Assembly (NCBI GenBank): GCA_020635435.1
Contig: JACJZU010000001.1
Coordinates: forward strand, 208,999 to 272,998
Origin: Flavobacteriales bacterium
GTDB lineage: Bacteria > Bacteroidota > Bacteroidia > NS11-12g > UBA9320
Reading direction: 5' to 3'
Length of the DNA: 64,000 nucleotides
The position numbers were made by a program, and so were the translations under genes. Positions 39,701-47,366 of the stretch are shown piece after piece. The stretch's first letter is position 1. Every line of letters begins with the position of its first letter. The notes beneath the pieces are model-generated. The model saw only the letters and a list, made by a program, of their open reading frames with translations, did no database searches and was not told where the DNA came from.

Positions 39701-40372
39701 AGGCAGGTGGCTCATGAGATCAAGAACCCGCTCACACCCATGAAGCTGAACATTCAGCATTTGCAGCGGGCCTGGACCATGCGATCCGACAAGCTGGACG
39801 AAACACTCCAACGTGTATGCCGGGTTTTGATCGAGCAGATCGATAGCCTCACCAAACTGGCCAACGAATTCTCCTCCTTCGCCAAAATGCCTGTGGATCA
39901 ATTCGGCCGGTGCGATCTCTCCGAGATCCTCATGAACATCATCCACCTCTTCGAGAAAAGCGAGAACGTACGTTTCATCTACCCGGAAAAACTGCCGGAA
40001 TACCCTGTACTGGGCGACAAGGATCAGCTGGGACGCGTGTTCACCAATATCATCAAAAACGCCATACAGGCTATTCCCGAAGATCGCGAAGGGATCATAC
40101 GCATCAGTACCAACGAAGAACCCGGTTCCGTTTTGATCCATATTGCCGATAACGGGAGCGGTATACCGGAAGGACAACGCAAAAGCATCTTCGTCCCCAA
40201 TTTCAGCACCAAAACAAGCGGCATGGGTCTCGGTTTGGCCATCACGCGTAAAATTGTTGAAGCAAGCAATGGGGAGATCTGGTTCGATACCAAACCCGAC
40301 GAGGGCAGTACGTTTCACGTGCGCTTTCCCCTGTACGATGCTTCAGATCCGGTCTCGAATTCCGGCGAATAA
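36707..40372 (+). CDS. Large multi-TM sensor histidine kinase (HAMP + NtrY-like HisKA + HATPase_c)
   Basis: 1221 aa with many TM helices. HAMP-like segment QDEIGQLVKQYNKMV, H-box VAHEIKNPLTPMKL, N/G boxes NIIKNAIQAI, DNGSGIP, GMGLGLAI. Confidence 0.85.
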   Translation: MSRGHVLRYFICLGLAFLCFAAFHFLQKPDVIKPEKETYEKLLKHIERIREEGEKILAATEPSHDSLSKELADILGNWRYSEYRGDSLVFWSSHEWIPDSIRRSRSGPMLIRDDQGLDISISTRQGARFRCVNLPLHQINMGSFREKSELKELENWEIEITRREGSFKLPYSELYIEFYGSRVNPGYAWIYLAGLALVLVSFIFSFARGTWLLWLSVATLALLRWLSYRGILFNGADHFRIFDPVLFANSRGIPSLGDLAYHLLFALVAVFALKRSLAQIGGRTRYLITILAGGLLAYFGTDLILSVIRSLVLDSSLSFDITHLRNFNRFSILAFLLIGGMFWTYFELLTGIKGFQFPEVKPIRHLLYLLLCAIGFVVFQMVDAHRSLESLMLPLALTSIVLLLLYLMRQTDRLYRTLAFLALFSLTYSTVIYKNKNKRENEYLKIYAGKLINSNDAQAEQLFSEIENRLVAEFLVPADFNSFAQRKDQFEKRLRRLYFSGYLDKYELKVLSFDSLGNNINSSTLYSYEDLNNIYNFSAFPTRSNHFYQIKSTEITNGYLAKFENCDLNGHYGNIFILLEPRFIQSTYSYPELIKTKRDAKLFDIEDYSYGIYQRGDLVNQKGDFSYDLQLDSSELLAQNEVWNWRGYRHFIERQEEGVHVVLSMRNDLLVTGLSIFTFSFLFYSILLLILAVLRFIRDHLVYLIIRRRKGREDAEAYRSTNRKYWAAFGFDQIYLSTRIRLAMVALVVLGLSISLYFTAQFIRINDSSQARSDLMFKIREVAGMVQDEVDLEKKLRRPEARQLIVNEISDVYKVEVNVFDPTGKLLVSSEHDLYSNGLLAPVMDRPAYEAMRHKGRSQYIGEEQIRDLSFLSATVPLLNERREVIAYLNLPYFSRSGELEDKISTYMVTFVNVYFFLILLALVLAYLVSKRISKPLQILRDKLSHTGYGYQNEIIDWKRQDEIGQLVKQYNKMVVELEESARKLSESEREGAWKEMARQVAHEIKNPLTPMKLNIQHLQRAWTMRSDKLDETLQRVCRVLIEQIDSLTKLANEFSSFAKMPVDQFGRCDLSEILMNIIHLFEKSENVRFIYPEKLPEYPVLGDKDQLGRVFTNIIKNAIQAIPEDREGIIRISTNEEPGSVLIHIADNGSGIPEGQRKSIFVPNFSTKTSGMGLGLAITRKIVEASNGEIWFDTKPDEGSTFHVRFPLYDASDPVSNSGE

Positions 40373-40404
40373 GCAAAGCTTAACTTTGGACGTTTAGTCA
40401 AAGC

Positions 40405-43400
40405 TTGAAGGGCTCTCCTCTGATCGGTATTCTGATGCTTCTGTGCGCCGCACAGATACATGCGCAAACTCCGGGTAGTAGCGTGAGCAAGTACGTATTG
40501 ATCCGTTCCGACACCCTGCAGCTCGATAGTTTCCCGATCGCTCCCGGTTCCTTCCGTATCGATAGTATGTATATGGGCAACTGTCGGATCGATCACGCCT
40601 CGGGTATCCTCATCTGGTCGGGCCCAAATCCACCGGATAGCATCGTGGTTTCGTACCGGCGATTGATGGTGGATCTGAACCGAACCTACCGGCATAAAGA
40701 CCCGCAGATACTCGAGCGTTTTTTTACGGAAAATCCCTTCAGCTATGTTCCACCGCGCGAACGCTACAACACATTGGGCAACGACCAGATCAGTACAAAT
40801 GGCAATATCTCGAGGGGCATTGGTTTCGGGAACAATCAGGACCTGGTTGTGAACAGCAACCTCAACCTGCGGATGAGCGGTAAGATCGCTGATGACATCA
40901 ATGTACTGGCCGCCATCTCCGATGAGAACAACCCCATACAACCGGAAGGCAATACGCAGCAGATACAGGATTTCGACCGGGTCTACATCACGCTTTGGAA
41001 AGATAGTTCGGGGCTCACCGCCGGAGATTTCCCCATGAACAGCGACCCAAACGGGTACTTCATGAACTACCGGAAGCGATCCAGAGGTCTGCAATTCGGG
41101 CATGCACAAACCACCTCCGTTGGGCACCTGAAGCTCAGCGGTGAAGGAGCTGTGAGCCGCGGACGATTCACGCGCAACCTCATCGAGGGCATCGAGGGAA
41201 ATCAGGGCCCATACCGATTGCGGGGCTCCAATGGCGAACTCTTCATCATTGTTATCGCCGGAACCGAGAAAGTATTTCTCGACGGCAAACTCCTCGAACG
41301 CGGGCAGGAGAACGATTATACGATCGATTACAATTCGGGAGAGATCACGTTCATGCCCGCACAACTGATCACCCGTTACAGCCGGATCGTGGTCGAATTT
41401 CAATACTCCGACCGCAACTACGCCCGTTCCGTTGTACGTGGCGGGGCAGAATTGCAGCGGGGCAAATGGCTGTTCTATGGAAACTACTTTACTGAACAGG
41501 ACCATAAGAATCGGCCCTTTCAACAGGATCTCGAATTGTACGACTCCCTGAACGGGATCTCGGCGCGCGAAGTACTCGCACGGGCCGGAAACGACGAGCA
41601 ACCCGCCATTTCGAGCGCCCGATTGCAGGAGAACTTCGACCCTTCGCGCATCCTGTACATAAAGCGCGATAGCGCAGGTTTTGGGGATATCTACCAATAC
41701 GCCCCGGTTCAGGGAGAATTCACCCGCTTCTATCAGATCACTTTCAGTTATGTTGGAGAAGGTGCCGGCGATTATGTACCTCTGGACGCCAATGCGAATG
41801 GGAAAGTATTCCGTTGGGTGGCTCCCATAGGGGGATCCAAACAGGGAAGCTACGAACCCGTGCAGATCCTCATTGCTCCCGAGCGTATGCAAATGCTCAG
41901 TTTAGGCGGCATCTACCGGATCGACAGCAACGCGCGCCTGCAATTGGAATGGTCGGGCAGCAACCTCGACCAAAACACGTTCAATCCCGATCCGAACACG
42001 GCACGAACCGGTCAGGGTTTCATGCTCAACTACCTCAACACCCCAGTGCGCAATATCGATTCGGCCCGAAAAAGCACGTTCAGTACCAATATCCGCTACG
42101 AATTCGCCGGACGCGATCTCCGCTATGTGGAGCGCTACCGCGATGTGGAATTCGATCGCAAATGGAACCGAACCCTGCAAAATCAGGGCGATGTGATCGA
42201 GAAACTGGGCGATGAACACTATCTATCGGCAAAACTCGCCTGGAAACACAGCAAGGGACTCTATCTCGATCTGGACGAGTCCTTTTTCCGACGAAGTCGG
42301 GAGCTCGACGGCTGGCAGCAGGTTGTGGAGGCCGGTCTGCGGCGCAAGCGGAACGAGCTGTCCGTCGTGAGCGAGAACCTCCGGGCATCAACTCCCTTCG
42401 GCACTTCCATCCTTCAAAACCGATTCGACCGCGCAGCATTCACAACCCGACAGAAGTTGGGCGGAACCATTGCAGGTATTCAGGTTCAAACCGAGCGCAG
42501 TGTATTCAATCCGCTCAATTCCGATTCGCTGAACAGCGCCAGCTATCGCTTCGAACAATATAGGGCCTTTTTGCAGAATGCCGATAGCGGTTCGCTCCGA
42601 TACGGGGTTCAACTCAGCAGGCGCGACGACCATGTGGTTCGCAACGGCGCCTTCCAAACGGCAACGATCGGACAGGACGCAACCCTGCAGGCAGGATGGG
42701 ATGCAGGGAACGATCTGGGATTGAATCTTACCGGGACATACAGGCAGCTCAACCTCAGCGACAGTTTGCAGAACGAGGAGACCGTTCAGGGCCGGTTGGA
42801 ACTCCGTTGGAATGCCCTCAAACGGTTGATCCGAACACAGGCCTATTACCAGCTGGGAACGGGCCAGGAACAGCGCCGCGAATTCAGTTACCTGCAGGTA
42901 GGAGACGGGAATGGGCTCTATATCTGGAACGATTTTGACAGCAATGGTGTGCAAACCCTGAATGAATTTGTGATCGCCTCCGATTACGACCGGCAGAGGG
43001 CCAATTTCATACGGCAATATGTGCCGGTGGCCGGGCTCGTGAAAAGTTACAGCAGCGAATTCAACAGCACCGTGCGGATACAGTCCATGAACCGCAACAA
43101 GGCCAACTCATCGTTCCTCGGATTCATGCGACGCTTCAGCATCCTTTCCAGCACCCGCATTCAGAAGAAAGTGAGCGAGAATTCGGTTTCGGCTTTCCTG
43201 AACCCCTTTTACCTCGCCCTCGACGACAGCACGCTCATCAGCACAGCCACAACCTTCCGGAACACGCTCAGCTACAACCGGGCCAGTCCGGTATTCGGGA
43301 TCGATGTACAGCATTTGCTCAACGATGCCAAATCGCTATTAGTGAATGGCTTCGACAGCAGGGACGCCGAAGAGTTGAACGTCCGATTCAGATACAACCT

Positions 43401-43890
43401 GCAGCGTCGCTGGGAGCTGGTTCAGGAATTCACGCGGGGCACACGCGGCCATCGATCCCAGTTCCTTGGTACAGGCAGTTACACCTACGATTTCGACAAA
43501 TGGAGTCCCGAGCTCCAGTTCTATTTCAGTAGGGACCTACGCTTAAGTTCCCGGTATATCTATTTCGAAGCACATAACAGACCGGAATTCGGTGGCGGAT
43601 CGACCTACAACCACGAATTGCGCAACGGGTTGCGCTTGAATGCCCTGAACAAAGGGAGCCTGAGTTCGGAATTCGGGTTCGTGCAAGTGAACTTCATCGG
43701 CAACGAAAGCAGTGCCCTGGGCTATGCCCTTTTGGAAGGTTTGCGAGACGGCCGCAATTTCACCTGGAACTTCCAGGCCGAGCGCCGTTTCAAGAATAAT
43801 GTTCAGGCCCTGATCACTTACGACGGACGGAAAAGCGTTGCCAACAATGCCATTCACATGGGGCGGGTGCAGGTGCGGTATTTGTTTTAG
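40405..43890 (+). CDS. Putative giant outer-membrane beta-barrel protein
   Basis: TTG start with signal peptide MKGSPLIGILMLLCAAQIHAQ. 1161 aa, rich in alternating Y/R/N/G strands, with C-terminal ...GRVQVRYLF (terminal Phe, an OMP-like signature). I recognise no family. Confidence 0.55.
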   Translation: MKGSPLIGILMLLCAAQIHAQTPGSSVSKYVLIRSDTLQLDSFPIAPGSFRIDSMYMGNCRIDHASGILIWSGPNPPDSIVVSYRRLMVDLNRTYRHKDPQILERFFTENPFSYVPPRERYNTLGNDQISTNGNISRGIGFGNNQDLVVNSNLNLRMSGKIADDINVLAAISDENNPIQPEGNTQQIQDFDRVYITLWKDSSGLTAGDFPMNSDPNGYFMNYRKRSRGLQFGHAQTTSVGHLKLSGEGAVSRGRFTRNLIEGIEGNQGPYRLRGSNGELFIIVIAGTEKVFLDGKLLERGQENDYTIDYNSGEITFMPAQLITRYSRIVVEFQYSDRNYARSVVRGGAELQRGKWLFYGNYFTEQDHKNRPFQQDLELYDSLNGISAREVLARAGNDEQPAISSARLQENFDPSRILYIKRDSAGFGDIYQYAPVQGEFTRFYQITFSYVGEGAGDYVPLDANANGKVFRWVAPIGGSKQGSYEPVQILIAPERMQMLSLGGIYRIDSNARLQLEWSGSNLDQNTFNPDPNTARTGQGFMLNYLNTPVRNIDSARKSTFSTNIRYEFAGRDLRYVERYRDVEFDRKWNRTLQNQGDVIEKLGDEHYLSAKLAWKHSKGLYLDLDESFFRRSRELDGWQQVVEAGLRRKRNELSVVSENLRASTPFGTSILQNRFDRAAFTTRQKLGGTIAGIQVQTERSVFNPLNSDSLNSASYRFEQYRAFLQNADSGSLRYGVQLSRRDDHVVRNGAFQTATIGQDATLQAGWDAGNDLGLNLTGTYRQLNLSDSLQNEETVQGRLELRWNALKRLIRTQAYYQLGTGQEQRREFSYLQVGDGNGLYIWNDFDSNGVQTLNEFVIASDYDRQRANFIRQYVPVAGLVKSYSSEFNSTVRIQSMNRNKANSSFLGFMRRFSILSSTRIQKKVSENSVSAFLNPFYLALDDSTLISTATTFRNTLSYNRASPVFGIDVQHLLNDAKSLLVNGFDSRDAEELNVRFRYNLQRRWELVQEFTRGTRGHRSQFLGTGSYTYDFDKWSPELQFYFSRDLRLSSRYIYFEAHNRPEFGGGSTYNHELRNGLRLNALNKGSLSSEFGFVQVNFIGNESSALGYALLEGLRDGRNFTWNFQAERRFKNNVQALITYDGRKSVANNAIHMGRVQVRYLF

Positions 43891-43953
43891 GTGTTTGGGG
43901 GATGTGCTGTAGGGGGATGGAACTTTCTTCTGTCTATTGAGCTTCTACTGTCT

Positions 43954-43992
43954 GGACCTTGATTGGTAGGATGGGTTTGATTGCTTGATTTG
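43954..43992 (-). repeat. Inverted, diverged copy of the AATCC/CAAGG-rich ~37-bp element
   Basis: The sequence ggaccttgattggtaggatgggtttgattgcttgatttg shares the exact 11-mer GGACCTTGATT and GATTGC/GATTT blocks with the reverse complement of copy B (53202..53238). Confidence 0.35.
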
Positions 43993-44611
43993 TTGACATT
44001 GCTGTGTGAGGCATGGTGATCCATGGATCTGATAAATCACTGTTACACTATTGCAAACTGAAGTTTTTCGTCGTACATTTGATATTCAATTGGGGATAAG
44101 GTTCTGCCGCATCCCCCCCCAAAAGGTGGCTTAATCGCTGCCTTTTGCCTTTTTCGGACAGCGCTGTTTGAACCTGTGGCTCTCCATCCGAAACTCATCC
44201 GGATCCTTGAGGAATCTTTTGAGCTGTTACTGCTTTGTTTTGAGTACTATTTCGACAAGTGCACCTCACTTACCCGATCGGTTAGGCCACTATTTCCTTT
44301 GAATGCGGATGCTTCCTTGCTTGTCGTGAACCTTGGTTAAAACGGCCAGCAACCGGCATTTTGACTGCCGATCAATTTCATGTTATCTTCGCGTTGAACA
44401 GAGGCAAGAGTTGCTCGCGCTTCGTTCCGGAAGGTGCATCATCGTACCCTTCCGCTCTCATCCTGCCTTTAATTGGCGGGTCGAATCGATTAGTTGAACT
44501 GAATCGATATAAATTTACTTTTTTAACCGAGGCGACAGGCGTCGGTTGTACCAGAGGGCGGCGTTGGTCGCCCTTTGCCGTTGTATCGTATGCAGAAGGA
44601 TCGCTGTTTTA

Positions 44612-44659
44612 GTTGAACTGTTGGTGGTAAAATTTTAAACTTTGACCTACCTGTTCAGC
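44612..44659 (+). repeat. Decayed CRISPR repeat (R0) beyond the cas-distal end of the array
   Basis: It starts GTTG and contains an exact 11-nt core CTTTGACCTAC (44640..44650). It ends cTGttCAGC versus the consensus TGAATCCAGC. A 28-nt spacer-length gap separates it from repeat 1. Confidence 0.5.
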
Positions 44660-44687
44660 GTACACGCACACTTGCACTTACACATTT

Positions 44688-45942
44688 GTTGTGATTTGCT
44701 TTCGATCTTTGATCTTTGACCTACTGAATCCAGCTACCTCTACCAAATCATCAGTTGTGATATCGTTGTGATTTGCTTTCAATCTTTGATCTTTGACCTA
44801 CTGAATCCAGCTTTTTGAGGCGTTATGACAAAGACAACCAGTTGTGATTTGCTTTCAATCTTTGATCTTTGACCTACTGAATCCAGCGAGCGCAAATCGA
44901 AAAAGAATTGAGAGGAGGTTGTGATTTGCTTTCAATCTTTGATCTTTGACCTACTGAATCCAGCTGGCTGCGCAAAGGGCAGAATTTGATGCTAGTTGTG
45001 ATTTGCTTTCAATCTTTGATCTTTGACCTACTGAATCCAGCGATTTCGACCTGCAAGTAAATGAGCCATACGTTGTGATTTGCTTTCAATCTTTGATCTT
45101 TGACCTACTGAATCCAGCAGCCGGGAAGGTATCCCGCCCGGCCACGTTGTTGTGATTTGCTTTCAATCTTTGATCTTTGACCTACTGAATCCAGCGGTAA
45201 TGACAGCAAAAAAACTATACGAACAGTTGTGATTTGCTTTCAATCTTTGATCTTTGACCTACTGAATCCAGCCGATATTAGGTAGAGGCGCACCGCCATG
45301 ATGTTGTGATTTGCTTTCAATCTTTGATCTTTGACCTACTGAATCCAGCTCACCAGTAATTAAGGTTTGACCCACCCCCGTTGTGATTTGCTTTCAATCT
45401 TTGATCTTTGACCTACTGAATCCAGCAGAAGCCATAAAATGTGCGTACCACCTATGGTTGTGATTTGCTTTCAATCTTTGATCTTTGACCTACTGAATCC
45501 AGCCAACCTCGGTGGCTGTATTAGGCCATCCAGTTGTGATTTGCTTTCAATCTTTGATCTTTGACCTACTGAATCCAGCAGCGCCCAGGAGATTAAGAAC
45601 GCTGGCGAAGTTGTGATTTGCTTTCAATCTTTGATCTTTGACCTACTGAATCCAGCTTGAGGATGTTTTTTCGGTTCGAACCGGTGTGTTGTGATTTGCT
45701 TTCAATCTTTGATCTTTGACCTACTGAATCCAGCTTGTCCTCTGTTTGGGTGAAATTTGCAACGGTTGTGATTTGCTTTCAATCTTTGATCTTTGACCTA
45801 CTGAATCCAGCTTGTCCTCTGTTTGGGTGAAATTTGCAACGGTTGTGATTTGCTTTCAATCTTTGATCTTTGACCTACTGAATCCAGCCAGAACGGTTGT
45901 GATTTGCTTTCAATCTTTGATCTTTGACCTACTGAATCCAGC
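44688..45942 (+). CRISPR. CRISPR array, 17 x 47-nt repeats, 16 spacers
   Basis: The repeat is GTTGTGATTTGCTTTCAATCTTTGATCTTTGACCTACTGAATCCAGC. Copies start at 44688, 44765, 44841, 44918, 44995, 45072, 45149, 45226, 45303, 45380, 45457, 45533, 45610, 45688, 45765, 45842 and 45896. Repeat 1 has A17G and the rest are identical. Spacers are 29-31 nt except one of 7 nt. The strand is assigned from tracrRNA complementarity. Confidence 0.97.
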
Positions 45943-46014
45943 AGACTTGGCGCTGGTGCCCGTAAATAAAGGGCTCATGTGTGATTCAGTGAAAAAAAAA
46001 TGATTTAGTGAAAG

Positions 46015-46046
46015 AAGCCGTTTCGGGAAAACCGGAACGGCTTTTT
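46015..46046. terminator. Candidate bidirectional terminator between cas2 and the array
   Basis: 12-bp stem AAGCCGTTTCGG/CCGGAACGGCTT (one G-T pair) with loop GAAAA. On the plus strand it is followed by a T-run. On the minus strand it lies 8 nt after the cas2 stop and is followed by CTTT...T9. Confidence 0.6.
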
Positions 46047-46054
46047 GATTTCTA

Positions 46055-46390
46055 TCAGAACAATTCCAATTGCTGTGGAACCCCCGGATTTTCTTTTGAA
46101 TGTGTGTTATAGTACAATTCCATTCTGCCAAATTGCTTGTCGGTTACCTGCAAAAGATTCACACTTCCCTTTGGAGGAAGCGAACGAAGAACACGTTTGC
46201 GGTGCACTTCGGTGTTCTCTGCACTGCTGCAATGCCTTGTATAAACACTGAACTGAAGCATGGTAAATCCGTCCTTGATCAGATCCTTACGAAAAAGTGC
46301 GGCATTTCTTCGGTCTGTTTTGGTTTCTGTTGGTAAGTCGAAGAAAACCATTATCCACATTATGCGATATGCATTAAAACGTTCCCTCAA
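46055..46390 (-). CDS. cas2: CRISPR-associated endoribonuclease Cas2
   Basis: 111 aa. YRIMWIMVFFDLPT...LQFSVYTRHC is the Cas2 ferredoxin-fold pattern. It lies immediately downstream of cas1. Confidence 0.9.
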   Translation of the reverse strand: MRERFNAYRIMWIMVFFDLPTETKTDRRNAALFRKDLIKDGFTMLQFSVYTRHCSSAENTEVHRKRVLRSLPPKGSVNLLQVTDKQFGRMELYYNTHSKENPGVPQQLELF

Positions 46391-46430
46391 TCTACGTTGT
46401 TCATGAAACTATACTATCTGGCACCGCCAT

Positions 46431-47366
46431 TTAATTATTTTCAGGCTTTTGCATTTCAGGTAGAACCATCTTTCGAAGAGTGCCTTCAAAACATTTAAGC
46501 AGTGATGCAGAAGTTTCACTTGCGGCAACCATAAGTGGACGATTTCGCCCGTTCATATTTACCGTGAGCGTTGGTATCGTCAATAATTGCATGCGCTGTG
46601 CCTGGGTCAAACGATCAGGACCAATCGACTCTGATTCTACCATATCCAATACCAAGCGATCTATATAGGGACGATATGGTTCCATAATATCGTCGGCCAG
46701 GCAATACTGGTTGTAGCGGTTATGATGGAAGATCCCAAGAGTCGGTAGTAATCCGCTACCTACCAAACTTCGGGCAATTACCGCTCTTAATATGGCATAA
46801 CCGTAGTTGAGTAAATTATTTGGGTAACCGGCATCCCTATCGCGTATAAATCCGGGGAATCGGTTGAACAACCGTGGCCAATAGTATGCAGCAGCAAATG
46901 CTTCGCGATTATCTACGTCACCGCTCCTCACATTGCTGGCAGCTGTAATCAACACCTCTACCGGTTTGCCAAAAGCTGCCAATACCGCGGCCTGATTGTG
47001 AATCTTGGTTTGAACGACCTGTCGCCACAATTGTTTCTTCAAAGGTTGACTTGCTTCGATCTGATACCTGAAACTTTCTGCCTGCGTTGTGTTTCCACAT
47101 AGATTGAGCATCATTCCGATGGGATGATACTTTTCATCACATGTAATTAAAGCTACATTGTGGGCCAGCATGGTGGCAATAACCTGGTGAGTAATATTAA
47201 TACAAGGATCTTCTAACACGACTGCACCGATATCTTCAATGGGCATCGTTTTTTCAAACTTCTTACCGGAATTATCTGTCCGCGACATTACCAGTTGTGA
47301 ATTGCGAAGAGATAGTTTCGCAGGAGAGTTTATTGCTAGCGTTCGCTTAATCACAGTTTCAAACAA
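46431..47366 (-). CDS. cas1: CRISPR-associated endonuclease Cas1 (type II)
   Basis: 311 aa. NLLNYGYAILRAVIARSLVGSGLLPTLGIFHHNRYNQYCLADDIMEPYRPYID contains the conserved Cas1 active-site region. It overlaps the cas9 stop by 16 nt. Confidence 0.95.
   Translation of the reverse strand: MFETVIKRTLAINSPAKLSLRNSQLVMSRTDNSGKKFEKTMPIEDIGAVVLEDPCINITHQVIATMLAHNVALITCDEKYHPIGMMLNLCGNTTQAESFRYQIEASQPLKKQLWRQVVQTKIHNQAAVLAAFGKPVEVLITAASNVRSGDVDNREAFAAAYYWPRLFNRFPGFIRDRDAGYPNNLLNYGYAILRAVIARSLVGSGLLPTLGIFHHNRYNQYCLADDIMEPYRPYIDRLVLDMVESESIGPDRLTQAQRMQLLTIPTLTVNMNGRNRPLMVAASETSASLLKCFEGTLRKMVLPEMQKPENN

Noticed and set aside
40315-41892. 525-aa minus-strand ORF. Similar long antisense ORFs occur at 39536..40318, 42388..43017, 17208..17867, 6404..7036, 4810..5403, 5404..5904, 55127..55756 and 56441..56962.
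   Set aside because: Each lies antisense to a gene with clear family motifs or signal peptides. They have no recognisable motifs and biased, low-complexity composition (R/G/P/H-rich). They are typical shadow ORFs.
44537-44583. Possible additional decayed repeats further upstream of R0, such as GGTTGTACC at 44544 and ACTGAATCGAT at 44497.
   Set aside because: The similarities are 7-8 nt fragments without consistent spacing, so they are not distinguishable from chance by eye.
44361-44612. 83-aa TTG-initiated ORF in the region upstream of the array.
   Set aside because: It has no motifs and an alternative start codon, and it sits in a region that looks like decayed non-coding DNA. Coding is not supported.
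44491-44620. TAGTTGAACTG occurs at 44491 and 44610, and AGTTGAACT again at 52676. This hints at direct repeats flanking the CRISPR-cas locus.
   Set aside because: The match is only 9-11 nt. The spacing does not fit the 77-nt CRISPR unit. The 44610 copy is already explained as the start of decayed repeat R0. The evidence is too weak without statistics.
44688-45942. Possible promoter inside every CRISPR repeat, as in the Neisseria and Campylobacter II-C loci I recall, based on TTTG cores and the tandem ATCTTTGA ATCTTTGA.
   Set aside because: The best -7-like boxes (AATCTTTG, GATCTTTG) lack the leading T. The only upstream TTTG is about 12 nt away, not the roughly 19 nt expected for Bacteroidota promoters. 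I could not support this from sequence, and it needs dRNA-seq.
45812-46131. ORFs 45812..46003 (+) and 45910..46131 (-) in and next to the CRISPR array.
   Set aside because: Their peptides simply repeat the translated CRISPR repeat (VVICFQSLIFDLLNPA twice). They are artefacts of repeat periodicity.
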